Positions 34,084 to 47,365 of a stretch of DNA of 64,000 nucleotides are shown here, in pieces. A model generated the notes under the pieces. That model had not been told where the DNA came from. It ran no database searches and worked only from the letters and a program-made list of their open reading frames with translations. This stretch comes from Bigelowiella natans CCMP2755 (Eukaryota > Protista > Cercozoa): NCBI GenBank assembly GCA_000320545.1, contig ADNK01000283.1:19828-83827 (forward strand), in the 5' to 3' direction. Numbering within the stretch: position 1 is the first letter of the stretch; the number at the start of each line of letters is the position of its first letter. The position numbers and the translations under genes were made by a program.

Positions 34084-34765
34084 GCATATATATTCTCGTA
34101 CGAATATAGGAGTATTAGGCCACAACGCTGCGTACCATGTCGAAGAATGTTGGGTTTTGCTCCACGAATGAGAGCTCCTGCTCTGCCGTCTGAGAAAATA
34201 TGCACAGTAATCGAAACCTAAGCAAGAAACTTCGACGAGGATATTTGTCAACTACGACTCTTAATCGCGAATTATGCTCCTTTTTTGTTTATAACAGCAC
34301 ACAAACACGAACAATATGAATAACAATTTAAGTACCGCAAGCCTTCGTTGGATTTTGCTTTCCGATTCCGTCCCCCGCCCTATGCATGTTAGCAAAGCGT
34401 ATCTATTGTTATTATCAACATCTGTGCGACTATGCGGATTCGAGTCAGAACCCACTCTTCTTTTCGTCGCCATCACGTTCGCATGCACCGGTTTGAAGCA
34501 ACAACACGGCGCAAACAAGACGATGGCATTATATGAGTTCCGAATCATGAATATCGTATTAATAACTATGTGAGGACAAAACCATCAGGATACAGCAGTA
34601 TCACCCCGTAAGCGTTCCTGCAGCGTCTGGAAACCTCCACTGGAAGTGATAAACACGTACCTACAGAGGTCACAAACACAATAATAATAAAGTCTCCTGA
34701 AGTTCTTGCGCGTTGATGCGCTCTTCTCTACAAGCCAGCCACAACAGCTAGAAAGTTGGCGAGCC

Positions 34766-34801
<36 letters not shown>

Positions 34802-35104
34802 TATACCTGACATCTTCTGCGCAACATGTTCTTGCCACACTTTGTGCCCCTTCAACGTCTATTTCTAGCACACATATGTTCTGCCCGTCGGAGCCTAAAG
34901 CCTGCATGAGAGAAGAATGGCTCGTCAGATGCACAGATGTCATGATTGAAGAAGTCGATTGTGCACTAACCTCCTCGATGGCTCGTTTTGTAGTTCCTGA
35001 CAATATATCAGCGAGAAGGAATGATGATGGGTGAGGAGGAAAAGGGTGACGATTCATCGCTGCAAATCGTCGCAAGTGCCGTACATATTGGATATCATGG
35101 GCCC

Positions 35105-35154
<50 letters not shown>

Positions 35155-35969
35155 AAGTGTGATCACATCGTGCCGACACACACAGAGGATTAACACTTGT
35201 TCTCTTAACATAGTCTCACACCGTATTGGTTTCCATGTATTCCAGCATGCTCTATAAAAGCACCGTCCTTCACTAGCAACGAGAATTCCTCTGGATTGAC
35301 GAAGTAGTAGTCTTCTCCGTCTACCTCTCCCTGATGACAGTAGAGATACACCCAATAAAAGAAAATAGAGTGGGGGGGGGGTTGGAGATGGAGGAATCCG
35401 ATGTGAGTGCTTCTATAATAGGTGTGTGTTTTAACAAACATCCTGGCAAGTCTTTATTTTTGCTTTCCCTCTCATTTGAGGTAGTACCGATCTAGGCGCT
35501 CTTGTAGTATGAGACACTGCAACAGTGAGCCTATTATTCTCGCTATACCGTTGTCGGATCCTGCTCATCAGAGTTCCCTTTAACAGTTATTTCAATAAAT
35601 ACGTTTTGTCATCACTGTGGGCTACGGATTTTGTTGTCAAAATTATTGGGTAGAAGAGTGTGTCTCTTATAAAGGTGTTTAATTTTTCTCTAAATGAACG
35701 ATAGCGAAGCAATGCACACAGTACTATAAGCACCAGCACCTTTCCCACTGCAGAGGGCCCGCATACGACCAGGAGCTTTTGCCGCAATTTTTGGGATGGT
35801 GTATGAATCGTGGAATTCTCCATATTGAAGTGGCTTCGCAGCTGTTTTTTTGGAATGTTTGATACTTCTCGCTTGTTGCGCCCTGGTACAGAGCGTTCCT
35901 TTGCGCCTATATTAACACAGGAGGGTGGTGTGTGGTGAGCTGCAAGCATGTGTGTGGTAGCCCCATATG

Positions 35970-36025
<56 letters not shown>

Positions 36026-36516
36026 TCCTATCGTTTAACCTGCAACGACTCGTTCAAGTTGTTGGGTTTGATTGTTGCAAAAGCGTCTACTCCTTCCCCC
36101 TCTACTATGGATCGCAGTTGTTCTGATAAAAAAGGGGGAGGAGAAAATGTGTCGCTCAAGGAGTAACCTTGAGAATGTTCCCCATGATATATAATATCAT
36201 CATCCTCCAGATTATGATGACAAAGGCGTTAGAAATAGGTACATGTATAACGGTTTATGTTCTCATATTCGACGCGTGCAAATACCCCACACACCTTCGT
36301 GGGACAAACTGAAACTCCTCCCTCAGGCCTGACGTGTAAAGAAAAGATTCAATTTCTCACACAATTGACGAGAAAAAATGCTTTATCGTTGATACCACAA
36401 GATACTCTTCCTTTTAAAGCAGACTGTCCCCGAAGATGGGCCCCGCACTCCATTCTCCTCGATGCCAGTACGACAACAGCCGCAACCCCTTCAAAAAGAT
36501 AATGATGATTGCGCAT
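33765..36516 (-). CDS. Guanylate kinase with long N-terminal leader (possibly organelle-targeted)
   Basis: LLVVCGPSAVGK|GTL (P-loop), AVSHTTRAPR, GEVDGEDYYFV, FIEHAGIHGNQYG|TT, CVLEIDVEGA, LQERLRG|RGTESESKIQRRL, VVVNDVLEDA; stop at 33765. The core starts by 35823; three upstream exons from 36516 join in frame (less certain). Confidence 0.9.
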
Positions 36517-37254
36517 GCCGTTCGCTGTGCTGGATGAAAAATGGCAGCCCTATACACAAACCCCGATATCAAAACATACCCGTAGCGAAAATCGTGATAA
36601 AAGAACGGGTCCTTGGAACTCCTTCGAGCTTCCGTATGCTCGGTCTGGGTGCCATTGGACGACGGAACCGGCACGTTGCCGGTCCAGTTTCAAACTTGAG
36701 CGGAAACACCTTCCGTATTTATCCTACGACTTATATATGGAAATGTCACAAGCAGAAATTCTCATTCATTCACCTTCCGTGCTGTGAAAATCAGCGAATC
36801 CCAGGTTCGATTCTGATTTTCCTATGACGACAATGAAGAAAAGATGTTTTTCCATCAGATCTCAGGTGATTCGCTACATCGCGTCAAAATTGCTGGGGTA
36901 CCTATGATGTCATGAGTGGTTTGGATCGCAATCTTCGATAAATATTTCAAGATAGTATACCAGGTATACCGAACAGTAGCCTCACAAATATTTTCGCATC
37001 TTGGCCTTCGTCTTTATCCTTGGTTCCCAAAAGAGTCATTATTAAACCAAATATATCATGATTTTATTTCCCATTATCCTCTCGCAATCACAACAACGTC
37101 CCAACAGCAACACTAGAACAAACACAACCAAAACCAACGTCTTTGTGAAGGACGAAAGGAAAGAGAGTACCTCCCCCATTATTCCGCCAGAGCGGCGTGT
37201 GTTTCCCAGGAGGCAGAAGCGAAACCGGCTGCATTGCCCCCAATCCCAGTCGAC

Positions 37255-40200
37255 ATGGATGGTATGTGGGGGCAGCTCTCTAATCTGGTTAACAACGACA
37301 CATTGGAAAACATCAAAGGCACGGTCTCAAACATAGCTAGAGATTTGGGCACTTTAGATGATGATGATGAAGAAGGAGACTCGGACTACGACGAGAGAAA
37401 CGCAGAGGAATTGGCTGCAACTTCGATTGAGGTGGCGTTCGTTGTCAAATTTCAGCTGTTCACTCCCGCTATTTCTTTGGATATTCCACCTGCATTGTAT
37501 CTCATGTCGATCCTTCTTGAAACATATGTGCACGCAGTTACGAGACTACAAGGAAGAGGTCATGCAGCTCCGTCAACAGCTACGAGAGAAAACCACCCTG
37601 TTCCGGGAAGAGTTAAAGAGAAAAGAGGTAGGTATTAAGAACGAATGCAGTAGTAGAAACCCAACTCGTATTTGCGTCCTAGTTCTAAACGAGCGGGAAA
37701 GAAAGTGCCCTTATCGCAATTGCTATTCTGTTTACACTCATACCGCCCTCTTTTGTAGCGAGAATTGACGGGATTCAAGCAAAAGTTAGCTCAGCGCGCG
37801 GAGGCTTCGGCGACTTCCTCCAAGGCGGGTGGGTCAGCGTCTCATGGAGGCGATAGCGACCCTGCTGTTAAGAAAAAGCACGAGGGGGGAGGGAATGAAG
37901 AGGCACAAGTCTCTTACAAGGAATATCATGAGCTTCAAAACAAACACCAACAGGTATGTTAACTGACGGTGAAGCCCGGTGATGAGACAGCTGTTTTCCT
38001 TCTTGCTCATTGTTACCTGCTCACCAATTTTAAATGCTGAGTATTAGCTACTTATTTCTTCTCGCAGGTGAGGCGATCTTTGGAGAACAAATTGGGAAAA
38101 TATAAGAAGGTAAAATTTCAAAAGTTAATACAAACACGCACAATTATGTTTATTATGTGTGTGTGCGTGTGCGCGCGTGTGTGCGTGTGCGTGTGCATGT
38201 GCGTGTGCCTCGACAAAATAATTCAATGACATCATACAAGTAACTTTGATTTGACTTATTAACATTTCCTGGTAAATAGGTGACAGGCGACTTGAAGATC
38301 CTACTCACACAAGAGCAAACAGGAAAAGCAGAACTCAAGCGAAAGCTCGACTTCGCTCTGAAACAAAGGGAGAAGGTGTTACTACTTTACTGGAACATTA
38401 TCATCTAGGCTCGGTTGAATACATATGAATGTATTCTATTATTACACACGAATATGATAACGTGATACAACACGCACGCGCCATCCAGCAACATAACATC
38501 TTGTACTACCATTACAAGCATCAGCAACAAGATTGAGAACAATTCATATATCCTTCTCTTATCCAGGACGCAGAGCTCGTCGCTGAATGCCAGAATAAAC
38601 TCTCAAACCGCGGCAAAAGCGAGCAGCAGATGATGGAAAAGCTGGTTCACTTGTCCAAGAGCCAGCAACGCCTTGCCGACGTGGAGATCGAGGTGTCTAG
38701 ACTGAAGGGGCAGCTCCAGCTCACAGAGAGGTGCGTTTGCATACTGATTATTGGGTACTCAAGGAGTGTCATATAGAGGGTTTATTTAGCTGTTTTAATG
38801 CATAAATTCTCCAATCTTCCTTCTCCTCCTCCTCCTCCTCCTCCTTCTCCTCCTCTTTTAGGCAGAACAAGGAGGTCACCGAAAAGTGCCTGAAGCTGAC
38901 GAAGGTTGGCGCGTCACAGAATCTATTCCATCCTACGCATTACCGTCAACTTGCCGTGATCCTAAACGAGAAAGCACCATGATGGGGATCATCGTCAGCG
39001 TCTGACATGCGTGAATATTTTGTGTGTGCGATGGTGATTAGGATAACGTTTCATTGCGTGAGTCACAGGACACGTTGAAAGATGAAAAGGCTGATCTAAC
39101 GAGGGGGAGAGAGAAACTTGAAGTAGTAAACTAGCAGTTATATTTATTACCTTTTCCCGCACCTGTCCGCTGCTGTTGACCTGTTACTTCTGCAATCCGT
39201 CTGCTGACCTGGCCATTTTGTTTCACACGCACGCAACCATAGAAAGCTCTCGATGACTCGAAAGAGCAGGAGAAATTCCTCTCGCATCAACTGTCACGCA
39301 CACGAGCTGCTCTGGAAGCGAAAAAGGTGGTTTTATGCATGTACCTTCGCAATATGATCACACCAAAAATATGAATAATACTCACCTTTACATTACCCTT
39401 CAGGCCGAGTGCCTAGCCATGGAGGAGATGGTGAAACAGGGGGGGGGGGACGACTCTCGTGTGAAGGGGTTGCAGCAGGAGGCTAAGGAGCATGCAGAGC
39501 GTGCAAAGGTCGCTGCAAACGCACAAATCGAGGCCCAAGCAAAGGAGATCAAGGCACTGAAGAGCCAGGTCGAGTCATTGCGCTCGCAGCAAGCAGCAGC
39601 CTCAGCAGCATCAGGAAGTAGTAGGGCATCCTCAACGGCAGGTAGCAATGGTGACGCAGAGGACATTCTCAGGAAAGTCGAGGCGCGGAACAAGAGCAAA
39701 AGCGAGGCCATGAAGAACAAGATCTTAGAGCTTCAGGCCAATGTGCGAGAGCAGATGGATGCACGAGCGATGCACGAGGAGCGGGCGCGGCAAGCTGAGC
39801 GGGTTGTCCAAGTGCAAAAGCAGCGTATTCATTCGCTGACAAACGACAGGGATGCGCTTGTGAAGGACCTACACGATGCCCGCTTAGCACTGAAGAAGGA
39901 AGAGGAGTCGCTCACAAAAAGAAGATCGACAAACCGGGAGCGGGTAGAAGAGCTCGAGGGTGAGCTAAAGCTTGCTAAGGAGCAGCACAGCTCCCTTCAG
40001 AAGCGTCATGCTGACCACCTCTCAGCCACGGAGATGCATATCTCCTCCAACCGCGTCCTGGCGTCGGCCGTACAAGACATCTTGGACATACTCACCAGCT
40101 TCTGCAAGCATCATGGCATCGATGTGTCCTCCTCCTCCTCTTCCTCTTCTTCCTCGTCGTCGTTGCCAGGTAATGGCGATCCACATGATGACGATGCTAC

Positions 40201-41716
40201 TGCGGCTGACGATGAGCACATCATATTGGGTAAGACGGAGAGCCGGATGGCTCTCGATGCTGTCCGTGTTATAATCCCCCTGGCCTCTAAATGGGCGCGC
40301 GACTCGCGTGAGAAGGCCGTGGCCGTTGCAAAAGCAGAGGCTCTTGAAGGAGATCTCAAAAAAAGTGTGAATGCTCAGGTTGGGGACGTCAGGCAGCACT
40401 ATGAGGAGCAGCTTGCAAAGCTGCAAGCTGACTGCGACGAGGCCTTCAAGCGAGAGGAACTCGCTAGACGCAAGGCCGCCAAGGCAGAAGCAGCGCGCGT
40501 GCGGATGGAGGAGGACCACACGGAGCTCATCACACAGCTGGAGGATAGGGATAAGATCATCGACGATCAAGACAAGCAAGGTCGGGAATCGGTATCGAAG
40601 AAGGATGCACAGCTGAAGGAGGCGGTTCGTGCTGCTTCCAAGCTGCGTCAGGAGCTTGCTGCTGCGCAGCAGGAGTCAGAGCTACGAGAGCGAACCATCA
40701 AGCAGCGCGACGACGAGCTCACTGAAACGTACGCGGAGCTTAAGGAGGCAATGCAGCGCGTCTCCAAGCTAGAGGAAGAGTTGGATTCCGGCGTGGCGGG
40801 TGATGGCGAAGAGATGGGCGCGAGTGAGGCGGTGAAATTGGAACTCGAGGCACTCCGCGCCCGCGTGCGCGCATCGGACGGTAGAGTGCAGGAACTTGAG
40901 GAGGAATTGCAGACCATGGCATCGCTAGCGGATGACTTCTCGGCCCTGCAGCGACGATATGATTCCCAATCACAGGATACCGAGCGCGCCGGTTCTGCCC
41001 TGAAGGAGATGCAGGCCACCATTGAGCAAATGGAACAGGACGGCGAGAGGGCAGCGAAAGTCGCTAAAGAGAAGATCGAGGAAGCTCAAAAAGCAGTTGA
41101 GGCCGCAAAAGGTGTGCAGGAGCGCCAGGCCCTCCTCGAATCCAAGCTCAACAACAGTGAAAGCCACGCTCAAGAGCTCGGCAGGGAACTCTCTGGGGCG
41201 CAGCGCTACGTTCTGAAGCTTGAGAACGAGAACAATGCTCTGCGGAACGGATACGAGCGCATGATGCAGAAGATGCGCGAGCTATCGTCAGAAGGAAATA
41301 TGGTTGATCGTCGGTTGGTAGTAAAGCTCATTGTGACATACTTTCAACAGAACTACTCGTCCGATGTTTTAGACCTCATGGCACGCATGCTTCAGTTCAC
41401 CGAGGATGATAAGCGCAAAGTTGGTATTGGGCAAGGCGTGCTCGGTAGCATGTCCAGCTGGCTCGCTTCAATTGCAGGCGGCGAGACGCACGACATGAAA
41501 GAATCCTTCGACGATAAAAACCTAGCTGACCTATGGGTTGACTTCCTTATGCAGGAAACCACGGAAAATTCGCAGCAGAGTCCTTCTGAGAAGCATGAAG
41601 GAAATAACACAGATGGAAAGCGAGTAATGGGGGAGGCACCATCATCTCCTACCACGCAGAAAGGTAGCATACCTTCAGCGCGGGGGCATGCTGCTCCGCC
41701 CGCAAAGTTGGGATGA
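37255..41716 (+). CDS. GRAB-domain golgin (GMAP-210/TRIP11, Rud3, plant GC3/GC4-like)
   Basis: N-terminal MDGMWGQLSNL...ENIKGTVSNIARDL plus an acidic patch; long coiled coil; C-terminal VDRRLVVKLIVTYF...DVLDLMARMLQFTEDDKRKVG (GRAB) and NLADLWVDFLMQET (GA1 motif). Several small 5' exons, then a ~2.3 kb final exon. Confidence 0.88.
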
Positions 41717-42501
41717 TCGACGAGAAATCTCTAACTCGCCATCGCTTCATTTGCGTATCACGTGTTTTTGTGTTTGATGAGTCTTTCAAAAGTAAGTACA
41801 CATAGAAGAACAGTGCGAATGGTTGCATGGTATCTAGGCGCGTGCTGCTATGGCCTGCCGCATGCTAGCATGCTTGCACAGATGATTCACTTGAGTGACG
41901 TGGGTGATGCCACGATGCACGCATGAATGCCATCAAAATTGCTGTTGTTTGCGCCTTCATGGTGGAATGGCACAATTTCTGAATGCATGCCAGCATGCAC
42001 ACATGCAAGTCGCAGCCATTGCACTTTTTGCGTGTTGCACACGTGCAACAAACTAGCAAAGACCACAAGACCAAGCTAGCAAGCACACACGTACAGAACA
42101 GAATGATTGCAGGTGACGCATGTGCTGAGCTGACAGGCAACCAGCTAGCTAGGCAAGGCCACAGCTGAACAGTCCAGCTTGATGTCCCACCTGCAGCGTT
42201 CGTTGGCGAACACTTGTGAAGGTCAGTGCCAGAGTGGACGATTTTTCTTTCAACCTGCGAGGATCACTTGCAGCAGGCCATGCCACGATGTGCATCACAC
42301 GTGTTTGTGTGTGTGTGTGTGTGTGTGTGTGCCCGCACGGGCACTTCAAATCAAACATCAAGCAGCGACTTCTTGGAGGCTCGTGCACACCGCTGCTGAG
42401 GAGGAGCAAAGGGGTGCATCTAGCGACGGCAAGCCTGGGTAAACACAAACGAGCAAAAGGTCGTGTGAATTGACACCCGCGGCGGCTTTTTGAAAATCAA
42501 A

Positions 42502-43989
42502 ATGAGCGGGAACAGGGGGCGAGAGCCCTTCCGATCAAAAAGTGTTCAGTGTCAGGCGTCAGTGAGATTTGCAAGAAAGGAAAATTGAGGAAAGACTGTC
42601 TGCAACAACGATTCTTAATTCAACAGCCCGTTTCCATTGTCGCAGAAGTAAAATTCAATGGATCTCTTTCTAAACCGTAGACTTACCAAATCGCTCCTTT
42701 TTTGAAGGAGGGAGTCCAGCCTTGCTGGTAGAGAAGAAATCCTTCTGCGACATGATTTATTGGTGGAATGTGTGAGAATTTAGGTCGGAATTTAGTCTAA
42801 ATTGGTGTTTTTCGAAGAAGGTAGTTCTCATAATTTAATGCTGAAAAAGAAGGAGAAAGAATACCGAACTGTGGGCGTCCAAAATCGACTAGATATTCCG
42901 AGCATTTTGTAAGGAGCGACAAGGTATTTTGAGCTGTTTCCTTCTCCCATTCTATTCTGCCCGGGCCTCCTTAAAGAAGCGCTCGAATCACTTAACAAAC
43001 AACTCGTGCTACATGTGTTGTTTTTCCACGGCGCCTGTTGCTTTGATTCTTCTTCCTATTCATAATGGAAAGTGAGAGTGAGATCGCTGGTCACAAGCGA
43101 AACGTTTACGGACAGGCTCGCAACAAGCCCGAACAATGGAAGGTGGTATTTTGTGATCTCGATAAGTTATTAGACCCGAGTTCTTCTTTTGAATAAAATA
43201 GGGTACATTGGAAGGATATTGGATTGGCAAAAAGCTTTGTGACACCGAACAGTACTACATTTTCCGCGCATGGGAAAGGAAAAGTAGAATAAATGCAAAA
43301 AGAAAAAGGTCAACGATCTCGTCCGTTTTGAATTGGGACATTATGATAACTCTTGTTTTATTACAGATGTGAAATTTGGATTCAAAAAAGAAATCGGCGA
43401 AGTGCATCGTATGTTTTTTTGGTTTTTTTAGAATCAATACGATGGGTCATAACATCATCACCAATCCCACGTTGTATTCATATGCTTCAAAGGGAGCTCA
43501 AGCAAGAGAGGGATGGAAAAATGGCGCAAGAAATAAAAACTATGAAAACATTAAGAGGATACTCTTCCTATTTCACCAATATCCTCGACCACTTCGTTGC
43601 AAAAGTAAGTGGAACGGATCGAGGTATCATTGTCCAAGAAATGCATGAAGGAAGTTTGCGTGCTTATCTGCATCATCCTGGAAAAGCCGAACTATCATTT
43701 ATTCATCGCCAGGCGTATTTTCGCCAGATCATCGATGCCATCTCCGTTATGCACAACGCAGGCATTATCCACACGAATCTTCACCTAGGAAATATCCTCA
43801 TCGGGTCGGATGGAAATATTCGGCTTACAGATTTCAGTTCATGCATTACAAATGTAACGGGGGACGAGGGGAGAACATGCAAATCAAGAAGAGCGACCAA
43901 AAATAGAATATTACACGGCTATCAGGCGCCAGAGACGAAAACGTAAATAAGATATTTTTCATTTTTTGTTTTCTGTTGACGATGAGATG

Positions 43990-44028
<39 letters not shown>

Positions 44029-45556
44029 CATTCTGCTAATAGGAATGGCACATTCTCGATGAAGACAGATATCTTCACCGCTGGCGTAGTACTTTTTTAC
44101 CTGCTCTACAAATATCCTCCATTTATAGGGGAAGATAGCATAGATATAAGTAACCGCACGGTAGAAGAGAAGAAGAAGTTCTGGGACGCTCACTTTAAAG
44201 CCAATTTTCAGAGCAAAATTAAAAATGATCGGCCACCTTCACACCGAGGCACTTTGGGGCAGTTAGATTCCCTCAAAGACGAAGAGTCGATGTTGTTTCC
44301 TTCGATAGTGACTACCATGTTGGACGAGAATCAAAATGCAAGGGTGTGCTATAGCGTGAGCGACGTGAACGCCTTCGTTCGTAAGCATAAATTGCCATCT
44401 GATGGCAACCCAGACATAAGGCTACCACGCATACGTGTATATCGGTTTTGTGAAATCATCCTAGTCGATGGTATGATTGATCCATGCTCGAAGTCGCGGT
44501 GGGGGTTAGCTGAGATTAAAAACCACCCCTTCTACACACACCCTGGGGTTGGGACTGAGAAGAATGACGAAAACAGCACTAAAACCAAGGAATACAACGA
44601 CAAGGATTCAAAGAAAGCGATGACGATCACAGGTATAGTCATCACCACCTTAATGCTCTACTGCTGTTGCTGTAGTTTTTGCCTGGTTTTTGAAAATATC
44701 TTATGAGGATTTATACAAAGGTGGTGCTAGAATCGGTGGTAACAACAAAAATGAGGATATCGCGAGGGCAACTGTTCGCAGGGAAAGACAGAGATATCGA
44801 GATGAGGAATTGAGAAGGGTCTTACCATTTTGTAAGTTTGGTACTATGCGGCATGGATCGCCGTCTTCAAACCAATCTGATTGGAGTCTTTCCGATATAT
44901 CGGAAAACGATCTTGATACTCTTCGCGAAAAAATTGCTGAGGTTGTTGGCAGTGATGATGGTTTTGACGAGAACGATGATGATGTTGATGATCTACGATG
45001 AAACATGTGACGACGGAAATGATATAAAAATAGCACCATCTCTTATATAAAATTTTAACAATGATATTTTCATCAAATACGCACATCTGCGATACATTTC
45101 TGATATTAGTCTTCTTTTTGTGATATCTAGAGTCTTCCTTCCACGATAGCACCGTTGAAATACAACCCTGATTCGAGCATTTTGAAGCACTATACAATAA
45201 TCAAGTACCTAGATTACCCCAAGGAATCATATGCTAGGCTGTGTGCCTTACTGAATAGGCTCTCCATCGATTATGTCAGCCACTCAGAGAACCTTGAGGT
45301 AAGTTATCATTTATTATTGACTCCCAAGTTGTTGTATCCATCATAGATCTTAACTGTTTAAATATACTAGGTGAAAATTCGTTGGGAAAACAAGGAAAGA
45401 TGTATAGAGCTTAATGCAGACGTGATGGTCTTTGAGGGATCATCTTCTGATGAATCGGTGATAGAATTCCGAAATCTTGGCTCTGATCCAGTGACTTTTT
45501 CGAAGATTTTCGATGCCATTAAAGTAAAATATTTCCCGGTTGTGTGTATAAGTTAG
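42502..45556 (+). CDS. CAMK-like protein kinase fold, probable pseudokinase, with KA1-like C-terminal domain
   Basis: IIVQEMHEGSL, YFRQIIDAISVMHNAGIIHTNLHLGNILI...IRLTDFS, GYQAPE, KTDIFTAGVVLFYLLYKYPPF, IKNHPF; tail VIEFRNLGSDPVTFSKIFDAIK. Start codon tentative. Confidence 0.8.
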
Positions 45557-45660
45557 CTGAAAGTGGAATGCTATAAGTTAAGGTTAAGAGCAAATAAATT
45601 GTGCATGTGCGTACAAACAATGTAAAGTAGGTTGTACTATACACATCAAAATAGCACTGC

Positions 45661-46060
45661 TTGCGTCTTTGTTAGAACAGGAGTATCATCCTTGAGGGCA
45701 ACAGGAGCAGCAGTTGTTTTTGTTACAGCAGGAGTGCCATCCTTGACATCAGTAGTTGTTGTCTTTGTCACAACAGGAGCATCATCCTTGACATTAACAT
45801 GAGCAACTGTTAGTAGCAGTGCAGGCATCAATGGACATGAAGTGTGGCATGGCATCTCTGGATCTAGATAGAGATGCTTGGTGCATGCGACAAAAACAAC
45901 AACTGTACCTGTTGATGTCAACTAGGTCAAGGATGACGCTCCTGCTGTGACAAAAGACATCACTGCTCCTGCCAATGCCAAGGACGACACTCCCGTTTTG
46001 ACAAAGAACAACTGCTCTTTCCCTGTCAATTGTGCACAATCAATGTCAAGGATACACCTC
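45661..46060. repeat. Inverted pair of degenerate 45-51 bp coding-like tandem repeats (VKDDAPAVTKTTT)
   Basis: Three units gtcaaggatgatgctcctgttgtgacaaagac... on the minus strand at 45661-45795. Related units lie on the plus strand at 45889-46060 (e.g. 45926 gtcaaggatgacgctcctgctgtgacaaaagac), with an in-frame stop and indels. Confidence 0.85.
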
Positions 46061-46851
46061 CAAAACCTGGTCCTGAATTGAAAGCCCAACTAGTTTAGAT
46101 GGTTTCCACCGTGGACCAACATCGGACAAGTGGAAAGGCAACAACTTCTGCAAAAACTTTTTTGTCAAGAGTGGTCATTGTGATGTGGCCGACGATCATG
46201 ACACAATGATGAGCATGCGATCGAAAGACTCCGCAGCAAATCAAATGTGACCACCGTGAATTTTCGCATGCATCCTTCTGAACACACTTGTGTAGCCATA
46301 TATATATAGCAACGATGGTGCAGCATGCGAATGCAGCGCATGATGATGGCAGCCCAATTTGGCAGCACTAGCTGCATGGAACACATTGCTCTGTTCGCAA
46401 CCAGCTAGAATCAGCTCCAGAGCAAAGCACGCTTGCTAACACGATGTCATTGACCTGCAGCAATCTCTCATGCAATGACAAGAAAATTGCCAGTGAGCAC
46501 TTCTGGACTTGCCATGCAGCTTGCGCGCACAAGAACTGTGCAAGGCAACACATGCCAGCTAGCCAGCATGCTGTCATGATGCGCACGATCGATGTGGCGA
46601 TGTGGCGCGTGCTGGTGTACGTACTATGAAATCTATCGGAGAAGTTACATGAATATGTTATGAGTGAAAACTTCATACATCATGCAACGACATCTATATA
46701 TGCCCCTTGACCATCCACGTAAGTTCAGATTTTTAAGGATCAGCGTTTCTCGTAGTTCCTCTAGTTCAAAACCAGGAGATGTAACGCAAGTGGGCGATAG
46801 ATACACAGCTGATCTACTGGTATCCGTGCACTCACCGGGTGGCAATAACAA

Positions 46852-47365
46852 TTATCGCTTAGCAGCAGCCTTAACTCCACCGGGCTTCACGCACACGGAC
46901 GCAGTTGGGTTTGAGGAGCAAATTTTGGAAACAGACTTATCCTTAAGTCCATCAGTATCAGCACGTGCTTTTCCAGCTGCGCCAGCGAAAGCTCCAGCCA
47001 TACCAGCCATACCTCCCTTCATGAAAGCCCTTTTGCTCATCATCTGTGAAAATAAAGTGTTATATTGGATTTTCGTGGAAAAACAAGCATGGAATGCATC
47101 ATCAGCATCGAACACTTGTTACGAAGTAAATCATACCTTAGGCATAGGAGCAACGGAGCGCATATTGCGGACAGGTGCAGCAAGGCCTAATGTTTTGAGT
47201 GATTTAAGTGCGACGAAATTCAGAGGTCTGCGGTACACTACCTTGTTCAGCCCCGAAGGAAACGAAGCACAAAGCTAGGACAAGGGCAACGTTGATGAAA
47301 ACAGAAGCAATGAGAAGCTTCCTTGACCAGTTGGTGCGTGCAGGAGCGAAGTTAGCCAATTCCAT
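46852..47365 (-). CDS. psbTn: PsbTn, nucleus-encoded photosystem II ~5 kDa lumenal subunit (3 exons)
   Basis: MELANFAPARTNWSRKLLIASVFINVALVLALCFVSFGAEQ (signal)|GLAAPVRNMRSVAPMPK (transit)|MMSKRAFMKGGMAGMAGAFAGAAGKARA (TAT-type, ARA site), then mature DTDGLKDKSVSKICSSNPTASVCVKPGGVKAAAKR* containing the C-x3-PTA-x2-C PsbTn motif. Confidence 0.8.

Noticed and set aside
39400-41670. Antisense ORFs over the golgin exon
   Set aside because: Shadow ORFs of a GC-rich coiled-coil coding sequence.
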